From the NCBI GenBank assembly GCA_964016885.1, contig OZ024741.1:390786001-390850000 (forward strand): DNA of 64,000 bases, read 5' to 3'. Position numbers and translations under genes: made by a program. The notes beneath the pieces are model-generated. The model saw nothing but the letters and a program-made list of their open reading frames with translations. It was not told where the DNA came from and ran no database searches. Source of the stretch: Eledone cirrhosa. Lineage: Eukaryota. Shown in pieces: positions 53,875 to 64,000 of the stretch; positions within the stretch are counted from its first letter, which is position 1; the number at the start of each line of letters is the position of its first letter.

Positions 53875-54075
53875 ATTATATATTATATATAATATATATA
53901 TATATATATTATATATATATATATTATATATATTATATATATATTATATATATATATATTATATATATGTATATATATATATATTATATATATATATTAT
54001 ATATATATCATCATCATCATCATCATTATTATATATATGTATATATATATATATTATATATATATATATTATATA

Positions 54076-54107
<32 letters not shown>

Positions 54108-54572
54108 TATATTATATTATATATATATATAGTATATATATATTATATATTATATATATATATATTATATTATATACTATATATATTATATTTATATATT
54201 ATATTATATATTATATATATATATTATATATATATTATTATATATTATATATATATATATTATATATATATATATTATATATATATTATTATATATATAT
54301 ATTATATATTATATATATATTATATATTATATATATTATATATATATATTATATATATATATTATATATATATATTATATATATATATTATATATATATA
54401 TTATATATATATATTATATATATATTATTATATATATATATTATATATTATATATATATATATATATTATATATTATATATATTATATATATATATTATA
54501 TATTATATATATATATTATATATATATATTATATATATATATTATATTATATATATATATTATATATATATA

Positions 54573-54615
<43 letters not shown>

Positions 54616-54775
54616 ATATATATTATATATATATATATATATTATATATATATATATTTTATAATATATATATATATATATTTTATAATATATATATATA
54701 TATATTATATAATATATATATATATATATTATATAATATATATATATATATATTATATATATTATATATATATAT
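53844..54775. repeat. TA array with TT interruptions
   Basis: Direct inspection. Confidence 0.95.
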
Positions 54776-55062
54776 TGTTAATCGCTTGTTAAATGTGCAA
54801 GGACCCCATTCAATCATTACCTCCTATCTCTTCTTCTTATAAATTCCTTAATTCTTAATCTAGCGTATTTTCAAACCTTAATTCCTAGTGTATTTTCAAA
54901 CCTCAATCCCTAATTCTAGCGTATCTTCAAAACAAAAAACAAAATCCTTTCCTTCTTCCTTCTTTCGAAACTCCCGCTTATTCGACCCCCCCCCCCCCCG
55001 CTACTTCGAAGGCATGGCGGTCAAACGCCTAACACACACAACCATCATGCCCCCCCCCCCCG

Positions 55063-55097
<35 letters not shown>

Positions 55098-55416
55098 GAT
55101 AGGAATTCACTTCGCCAAATTTCATTGCTTTGCTGTCTACCCCACGATAATCATGTAACGTAATGTACATATTTTCCTTCATCTCTACCTACACAATCCT
55201 AATTCCTCAATTCCTAATTCTAGCGTATTTTCAAAACAATCCATATTTCGTATCAAGTCCAAATAGCCAATCTATCGCTAAAACAATCTACATTTTTTGT
55301 ATTTATTAATTGTTAAATACGAAAGTTTTTGGTCGTATTGAACAGAACAAATTTTGTATTTTTGTTAATCGCTTGTTAAATGTGCAAGGACCCCATTCAA
55401 TCATTACCTCCTATCT

Positions 55417-58400
55417 AGCTACCCAACACCCACCCCTCCCTCCCGCCCCCACGCACCACCACTGCTATTACGTGGACCAATCATAAACCAGAGCCCCCAC
55501 GCATCACCAGTATTATTACGCGGACCAATCAGAAGCCAGAGGCCTATACTATCGCTTGCCTGGTTGCCTTTCGATATATGATGGATGGATGGACTGCGGA
55601 ATCCTGGAGAGTGGAGGAGAGAGAGAGAAAAATCTGGACGCTCAGCGACAATGCCAAAGATAAAGACAAATTCACCTCTTGGACGAGAATGCGAGCACTC
55701 CTCATTGTTTCGACCGCGGACGGCTAACATAACCTCATCGCCCCCACCGCCCCCAACCCCCAAACGCAATCCAAAACTTCAGAGTTGGTACCATAAATGT
55801 AGGCACCCTAAAGGGTCGCGCTAACGAGGTTGTAGAAATGCTTGAACGTAAGGAGGTCGATGTTTGTTGTATTCAAGAGACCAGGTGGAGGGGTGGGTCT
55901 GCTAGGTTCATTGAGGGTAAAAAACGATGTTATAAGCTTTTCTGGGTGGGAAACGATGATGGGCTGGGTGGAGTAGGAATCATGGTAGCAGAAAAGTGGG
56001 CAGATAAGATAATAGACGTAAATAGAGTGAACGACAGAATAATTAAAATACGACTTGTCCTCAATAGAACTACGGTGACAGTAATATCTGCGTACGCACC
56101 CCAATCCGGACTGCCCGGCACTATAAAAGACAGATTCTATGAGACACTGATGCTAACTACCTCCCAAATATCCGACAGTGACTATATAATTATTGCAGGC
56201 GACCTAAATGGTCACGTTGGACAACATTGTGACGGCTACGACGAAATCCATGGAGGCTATGGGTTTGGTACTAGAAATGAGGAAGGCTCCAGAATCCTGG
56301 AATTCTGTGATGCAAATAACCTAACTATCTGTAACACTAACTTCAAAAAACGTGACAATCACCTGATCACCTATAGATCCGGGGAACACACAAGCCAGGT
56401 AGATTATATCCTTACCAGAAGACGTGACAGAGTGTCTGTTGTAAACACTAAATCCCTCCCCCATGAAGAATGCACCTCCCAACATAGACTGATAATTAGC
56501 GACCTCATAGTCAGGACGAGACGTACTCGACAGCAGAAGAGGACTATCCTCAGGAGAAAAATATGGAAGCTAAAGGACCCCACAGCCAGGAATAAATTTC
56601 AAAGCATATTACTTGATGCTTTCGACAGTAAGGAAGAACATTTAGAGTCGGACAATATAGAGGGAGAGTGGGAATTTCTGAAAGCAAACCTGCTGTTGGC
56701 GACAGACGAAGTCTGTGGCTGGAGCAGGCCTGTAGGCAGGAGGAGAGTAACATGGTGGTGGAACAGTAAGGTGGAGGGGTCAATTAAGGCCAAAAAGCAG
56801 GCTTGGAAAGTATGGCGGGATGGGGGAAGTAGAGAAGACTATCAAGTGACCAGGAGGGAAGCTAGGAGACAAGTGTACTTAGCAAGAAGGGAAGCTGAGG
56901 AAAGAAAGTTCAAGCATGTTCTACAACGCGATGACCAAAAACGTGAGGTGTTCAGGATTGCTAGGCAATGCGTCAAGGAAAACCGTGATATTGTCGGGGA
57001 GAAGTGTGTACTAAACGACGATGGCACACTTGCCATCACCGACGCTGATAAGAAGGTAGCTTGGAAGTGTCACTATGAAAGGCTACTAAATGAGGAGAAT
57101 AAATGGGAGAAAGATAGTCTCCCCCATATCGACCCAATAGAGGGACCAGCAGTGTTAGTCGAGGGGAGTATAATAAGTAAGGCAATCAAGGATATGAAGA
57201 CGGGTAAGGCGGCTGGGCCTTCGGAAATAGTTGCTGAGATGCTGAAGGCATCTGGCACGGTGGGACACACCATGGTCACCCGCATAGTTAACCAAGTCGT
57301 ACAGAATGGGGTTGTTCCGAAGGACTGGCATAGCAGCATCATCGTTAACTGTTATAAGGGTAAAGGAGACGCCCTAGATAGGAGTAACTATAGAGGCATT
57401 AAATTAATCGACCAGGTCATGAAGGTCACGGAAAAAGTAATAGCGCAACTAATCAGAGAGAGAATTGACCTAGATGAAATGCAGTTCGGGTTTGTGTCAG
57501 GCAAAAGTACCACAGACGCTCTTTTCATAGTACGACAACTACAGGAGAAGTACCTAGCTAAAGGTAAACCCCTCTACTTAGCTTTTGTCGACTTGGAGAA
57601 AGCCTTCGACAGAGTCCCCCGCTCCATTATCTGGTGGGCTCTTAGAAAACTAGGCGTTGACGAATGGCTTGTGAGGGCTATACAAGCCATGTATAAAGAA
57701 ACAGTCAGCAAGGTTAGAATTAACAACGAATATAGTGAAGAGTTTAGCGTAAAAGTTGGCGTCCATCAGGGCTCTGTTCTCAGCCCCCTACTATTTATTA
57801 TTGCCCTTCAGGCTATAACAGAGGAGTTCAAGACAGGCTCCCCATGGGAACTCCTATACGCAGACGACCTGACACTCATAGCGGAATCAATGGCCGAGCT
57901 AGAGAAGAAATTCCAAACATGGAAGCACGGCCTAGAGTCAAAAGGACTTAAAATTAACCTGGCTAAGACCAAAGTACTAGTTTGTAGGAAAGAAAACAAG
58001 GCGGCGGTCCCTTCTGGGAAATGGTCGTGCTCGGTGTGTAGGAAAGGCGTAGGTAGAAACTCCATTTTATGTCCTAAATGCAAAGTATGGGTGCATAAAA
58101 GATGTAGTGGGATCACAGGTAAGCTAACTAAGAACATAGATTTTACATGTGGCCGGTGTTCTGGTGCAATAAGTAGCAGCAAGTGCCCACAAACTACTAG
58201 CTCTTTCAATTGCGCAGAGGGTTCTATAGAAATAGTGGACAGCTTCCGTTACCTGGGCGATAAAATCAGCAGTGGGGGAGGGTGCTCTGAAAGTACTGTA
58301 CCTAGAGTCAGAACTGGTTGGAAAAAGTTCAGAGAGCTTATACCACTATTAGCTGCTAAAGGATTCTCCCTAAAAATGAAAGGCAGGTTGTACGATGCCT

Positions 58401-59208
58401 GCATACGAACAGCAATGCTGCATGGCAGTGAAACCTGGGCATTGTGTGCAGAGGATATACGCAGACTAGAGAGGAACGAAGCTTGCATGCTCCGCTGGAT
58501 GTGTAACAGTAATATACGTGAACGGCAAAGCATAAACGAACTAAGGAAAAAATTACAGATAAGAGGGATCAGATGTTGTTTACTCGAGAGAAGGCTACGT
58601 TGGTATGGACACGTGATGCGCATGAAAGTCGATAGCTGTATAACAAAGTGCAGGGCAATAAAGATAGACGGTAGTCAGGGAATAGGCAGACCTAGAAAAA
58701 CCTGGGACGAGCTGATAAACTCCGACATCACACACTTACACCTCTCCAAGACAATGTCACTGGACCGAGACCTTTGGCGGTACTCAGTAACAGAGAAGAC
58801 CCGCCTTACCTAAATATATAGTAAAACCTACTCCAGCCAGTAGGCATCTCTAACAAAATACACCCCGTCCCACCACCACCACCCCCACCCCATCCACACC
58901 ACCCCGTTCTATGTAAAGTTATGTTGGTGCCGCGCCATCGAGGCCGAAACAAATGAGATCGTGTAGGTGTCACGACAAAAAAACACACAGTCCACGCTGT
59001 AATGTGGCCGTGTAGGCAACACGGTAAAAACCTCCCAGACCCACACTGTAAATGTGGTTGGTGTTAGGAAGGGCATCCAACTGTAGAAAACCTGCCAGAC
59101 GGTCCTATGCGAGCAAGACAATCACTCTTGCCTCAAGTGGGACTACCCCCGTCCAAACCCATGCAAGCGTGGAACACGGACGTTAAACGTTGATGATGAT
59201 GATGATGA
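55417..59208 (+). mobile_element. Apparently full-length RTE LINE family B
   Basis: GC-rich leader with two CCAAT repeats, uninterrupted EN+RT frame, 3' UTR, tail; 5' boundary uncertain. Confidence 0.93.
55838..58813 (+). CDS. RTE endonuclease/reverse transcriptase with PHD-type insert (991 aa from first ATG; frame open from about 55733)
   Basis: QETRW, GDLNGH, VDYIL, QHRLI; VDLEKAFD, HQGSVLSP, YADD, FRYLG; no internal stops. Confidence 0.95.
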   Translation: MLERKEVDVCCIQETRWRGGSARFIEGKKRCYKLFWVGNDDGLGGVGIMVAEKWADKIIDVNRVNDRIIKIRLVLNRTTVTVISAYAPQSGLPGTIKDRFYETLMLTTSQISDSDYIIIAGDLNGHVGQHCDGYDEIHGGYGFGTRNEEGSRILEFCDANNLTICNTNFKKRDNHLITYRSGEHTSQVDYILTRRRDRVSVVNTKSLPHEECTSQHRLIISDLIVRTRRTRQQKRTILRRKIWKLKDPTARNKFQSILLDAFDSKEEHLESDNIEGEWEFLKANLLLATDEVCGWSRPVGRRRVTWWWNSKVEGSIKAKKQAWKVWRDGGSREDYQVTRREARRQVYLARREAEERKFKHVLQRDDQKREVFRIARQCVKENRDIVGEKCVLNDDGTLAITDADKKVAWKCHYERLLNEENKWEKDSLPHIDPIEGPAVLVEGSIISKAIKDMKTGKAAGPSEIVAEMLKASGTVGHTMVTRIVNQVVQNGVVPKDWHSSIIVNCYKGKGDALDRSNYRGIKLIDQVMKVTEKVIAQLIRERIDLDEMQFGFVSGKSTTDALFIVRQLQEKYLAKGKPLYLAFVDLEKAFDRVPRSIIWWALRKLGVDEWLVRAIQAMYKETVSKVRINNEYSEEFSVKVGVHQGSVLSPLLFIIALQAITEEFKTGSPWELLYADDLTLIAESMAELEKKFQTWKHGLESKGLKINLAKTKVLVCRKENKAAVPSGKWSCSVCRKGVGRNSILCPKCKVWVHKRCSGITGKLTKNIDFTCGRCSGAISSSKCPQTTSSFNCAEGSIEIVDSFRYLGDKISSGGGCSESTVPRVRTGWKKFRELIPLLAAKGFSLKMKGRLYDACIRTAMLHGSETWALCAEDIRRLERNEACMLRWMCNSNIRERQSINELRKKLQIRGIRCCLLERRLRWYGHVMRMKVDSCITKCRAIKIDGSQGIGRPRKTWDELINSDITHLHLSKTMSLDRDLWRYSVTEKTRLT

Positions 59209-59411
59209 TTATATATATATATTATATATATATATATTATATATTTATATTATATATATATATATTATATATTTATATTATATATATATATATTATATAT
59301 TTATATTATATATATATATATATTATATATTTATATTATATATATATATTATATATATATATTATATATATATATATATTATATATATATATATATTATA
59401 TATATATATAT

Positions 59412-59443
<32 letters not shown>

Positions 59444-59627
59444 TATATATATATATATATTATATATATATATATATTATATATATATATATATTATATA
59501 TATATATATATATTATATATTATATATTATATATTATATATATATATTATATATATATATATATTATATATTATATTATATATATTATGTATTATATATA
59601 TTATATATTATTTATATATATATATAT

Positions 59628-59659
<32 letters not shown>

Positions 59660-59897
59660 ATATTATATATATATATTATATATATATATATTATATATAT
59701 ATATATATTATATATATATATATTATATATATTATATATATATATATATATTATATATATATATTATATATATATATTATATATATATATTATATATATT
59801 ATATATATATTATATATATTATATATATATTATATATATATATATATATATTATATATATTATATATATATTATATATATATATATTCTGTATATTA

Positions 59898-59942
<45 letters not shown>

Positions 59943-60368
59943 TATATAAATTATATATATTATATATATATATATTATATATATTATATATATTATATAT
60001 ATATATATATATTATATATATATATATATTATATATATTATATATATATATTATATATATATTATATATATATTATATATATATATATATATTATATATA
60101 TATATATATTATATATATATATATATATTATATATATATATATATATTATATATATATATATATTATATATATTATATATATATATTATATATATATTAT
60201 ATATATATTATATATATTATATATATATATATATATTATATATATATATATATATTATATATATATATTATATATATATATATTATATATATATATTATA
60301 TATATATATTATATATATATATTATATATATATTATATATATATTATATATATATTATATATATATAT

Positions 60369-60402
<34 letters not shown>

Positions 60403-60426
60403 ATTATATATATATTATATATATAT

Positions 60427-60457
<31 letters not shown>

Positions 60458-60919
60458 ATATATATATTATTTATATATATTATATAGGGCGGTGGATTGG
60501 CAGTATCGGTAGAGGGTCGGACGCCATGCTTTCCAGNNNNNNNNNNNNNNNNNNNNNNNNNNNNNNNNNNNNNNNNNNNNNNNNNNNNNNNNNNNNNNNN
60601 NNNNNNNNNNNNNNNNNNNNNNNNNNNNNNNNNNNNNNNNNNNNNNNNNNNNNNNNNNNNNNNNNNNNNNNNNNNNNNNNNNNNNNNNNNNNNNNNNNNN
60701 NNNNNNNNNNNNNNNNNNNNNNNNNNNNNNNNNNNNAATATATATATATATATAATATAAATATATATAATATATATATATATAATATATATATATAATA
60801 TATATATATATAATATATATAATATATATAATATATAATATATAATATATAATATATATATATATATATATAATATATATAATATATATAATATATATAT
60901 ATATATATATAATATATAT

Positions 60920-60951
<32 letters not shown>

Positions 60952-61036
60952 ATATATATATATATATATAATATATATATATATATATAATATATATATA
61001 TTATATATAATATATATATATATATATAATATATAT

Positions 61037-61068
<32 letters not shown>

Positions 61069-61111
61069 ATATATATATAATATATATAATATATATAATA
61101 TATATATATAT

Positions 61112-61155
<44 letters not shown>

Positions 61156-61315
61156 TATATATAATATATATATAATATATATATATATATAATATAAATA
61201 TATATAATATATATATATATAATATATATATATATAATATATATATATATAATATATATAATATATATAATATATAATATATAATATATATATATATATA
61301 TATATAATATATATA

Positions 61316-61403
<88 letters not shown>

Positions 61404-61546
61404 ATATATATATATATATATAATATATATATATATATATAATATATATATATTATATATAATATATATATATATATATAATATATATATATATATATAA
61501 TATATATATATTATATATAATATATATATATATATATAATATATAT

Positions 61547-61620
<74 letters not shown>

Positions 61621-61704
61621 ATATATATATATTATATATAATATATATATATTATATATAATATATATATATATATATAATATATATATATATATAATAT
61701 ATAT

Positions 61705-61759
<55 letters not shown>

Positions 61760-61805
61760 TATAATATATATATATAATATATATATATAATATATATAAT
61801 ATATA
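59209..61805. repeat. TA arrays on both sides of an N gap (60537-60736)
   Basis: Direct inspection; SINE-head-like 50 bp at 60487-60536. Confidence 0.95.
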
Positions 61806-64000
61806 TCATCATCATCACATCATCACCGTTTTACGTCCGTTCTTCCACGCTAGCATGGGTTAGACGGGTTGTCCTGTTGTGGGCAGTGTCTGGTCGGCTG
61901 ACCATGCCTTGCTCATACAGGAACTGATCTGGCTTGATTTCTACAGCTGGATGCCCTTCCTAACACCAACCTCATTTACAGTGAGTGCTGGGTGCTTTTT
62001 CGTGGCGCCTACACGTCCACTTTACAGTGTGGGCTGGGTGCTTTTTTGCCGTGGCACCTCCACGACCACCTTGCGGTGGGGGGGGGGGGGCATATTGTTT
62101 ATATGCTTCAGCATGTACCCATGGGAGGTCGGGTACCCTGTATTACTGCGTGACGCCAGAAGTCACGGTCGTGTGTCATTGACTTTGAGAGGTGTAGTTG
62201 GGTAAGGTCGGCTTTTATCACCTCATCCCAAGTCATCTTGGGTCTCCCCACTCCGCGGTTTCCATCAACTTCTAGTGCTCTGCACCTTTTTATGCAGCTG
62301 TCATCCTTCATACGCATCACATGTCCATACCAGCGTAACCGCCTCTCCTGCACGCAGCATTTGATTCCTCTTATGCTCAGTCTCTCTCTCAATTCATTTA
62401 TGCTTTGTCGTTCACGTATATTACTGTTACACATCCATCGGAGCATGCAGGCTTCGTTTCTCTCTAATCTACGTAAGTCTTCCACCTTCAGCGCCCAGGT
62501 CTCACTACCATGCAACATCGCTGTTCGGATACACGCATCATACAGTCTGCCTTTCATTCTGAGGGAGAAGCCTTTTGCAGCTAGCAGTGGTAGTAGTTCC
62601 CTAAACTTCTTCCATCCCGTTCTTACCCTAGTTATTGTACTTTCTGAGCACCCACCTCCGTTGCTAATTCGGTCACCTAGGTAGCAGAAGCTGTCTACTG
62701 TTTCTACAGGGCCCTCCCAGAGATTGGTGGTACTTGTTTCCTGTGGCTGTTTGCTTGCTGTTTCAGCACAGCTGCTGCATGTGAATCCTACATTCTTAAT
62801 TAAGCTTCCTGAGATCCCGCTACATCTCTTGTGTACCCATTGTTTGCATTTGGGGCAAAGAATGGAGTTCCTACCTACACCTTTCCTACATACTGAGCAA
62901 GGCCATTTCCCTGAGGGGATCTGGGTTCTGTTTTCTCGTCTACTTATAAGGACCTTAGTCTTTGTCATGTTGACTTTGAGGCCCTTTCTCTCTAGTCCCT
63001 GCTTCCAGGTTTGGAATTTATTCTCTAGTTCTACCATAGATTCAGCTATGAGTGCGAGGTCATCAGCATACAGGAGTTCCCATGGGCATCCGGTCTTAAA
63101 CTCCTCCGTTATTGCCTGCAGGACTATGATGAACAGGAGAGGGCTAAGAACAGAGCCCTGGTGGACCCCAACCTGTACGCTAAATTCCTCGCTATACTCA
63201 TTGCCAATCCTAACTTTGCTGACTGCTCCCCTATACATGGCTTGTACCGCTTTCACAAGCCATTCATCTACTCCTAGTTTTCTAAGAGCCCACCAGATTA
63301 CTGCACGTGGAACTCTGTCAAAGGCTTTCTCAAGGTCGACAAATGCCAAGTAGAGTGGCTTACTTTTAGCTAGGTACTTTTCCTGTAATTGCCTCACAAG
63401 GAAGAGCGCATCAGTGGTGCCTTTCCCTGGAACAAACCCAAATTGCATCTCGTCTATATTCACCCGGTCCCTAATCAGCTGTGCTATAACTCTTTCTGTT
63501 ACTTTCATGACCTGGTCCATCAACTTTATACCTCTATAGTTTCCTCTATCTAGTGCATCGCCTTTACCTTTGTAGCAGTTGACAATGATGCTACTGCACC
63601 AATCTTTTGGTATGGCCCCCTCTAGTATTACCTGGTTAACGATACGTGTGGTTATAGTGTGACCTACAGACCCAGATGCCTTCAGCATCTCGGCAGCTAT
63701 ACCCGATGGACCGGTTGCCTTCCCTATCTTCATATCTCTGATTGCCTTACTTACTACGCTGCCGCTGACTTGTACTGCTGGTCCCTCTATAGGGTCTACG
63801 TGGGGTAGGGTCTCTTCTTCCCATGCATTCTCCTCATTTAGTAATCTATCATAATGACTCTTCCATGCATCTTTCTTCTCAGCACTTGTGAGGGCAAGCT
63901 CACCTTTATCATTCCGGATACACTTCTCTCCAATGACATCACAACTATCTCTGACACACTGCCTCGCAATCTTGAATACCTCCTGTTTCTGGTCCTCACG
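61806..64000 (-). mobile_element. RTE family C, open RT frame continuing off the window end
   Basis: ORF 62108-63733 with YADD and PHD insert; 3' UTR and tail. Confidence 0.95.

Noticed and set aside
60497-60798. ORFs spanning Ns
   Set aside because: Assembly gap

Overview
Eukaryotic, repeat-saturated DNA, most likely a cephalopod (octopus-like RTE LINE/SINE repertoire and long TA microsatellites; inference). The only host gene I can read is the 3' half of a kinesin-6 KIF23/MKLP1 (pavarotti) orthologue on the + strand, in seven phase-compatible exons between 4576 and about 43396. Everything else is mobile DNA and simple repeats. Three young RTE-clade LINE families (called A, B, C here) carry an APE endonuclease and an RT with a PHD-type finger inserted in it; one B copy (about 55417-59208) is near-intact. 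There are also older RTE, CR1/L2-like, Vingi-like and CRE-like fragments, a deleted piggyBac with two MITEs, two non-autonomous Helitrons, tRNA-derived SINEs, kb-scale TA arrays, several minisatellites and one assembly gap. The most notable structures: B and C copies sit inside TA arrays and repeatedly form tail-to-tail pairs; one cassette is the 5' UTR of A but the 3' UTR of B and C; and the RT carries a PHD finger. No tools were run, so repeat boundaries are approximate.
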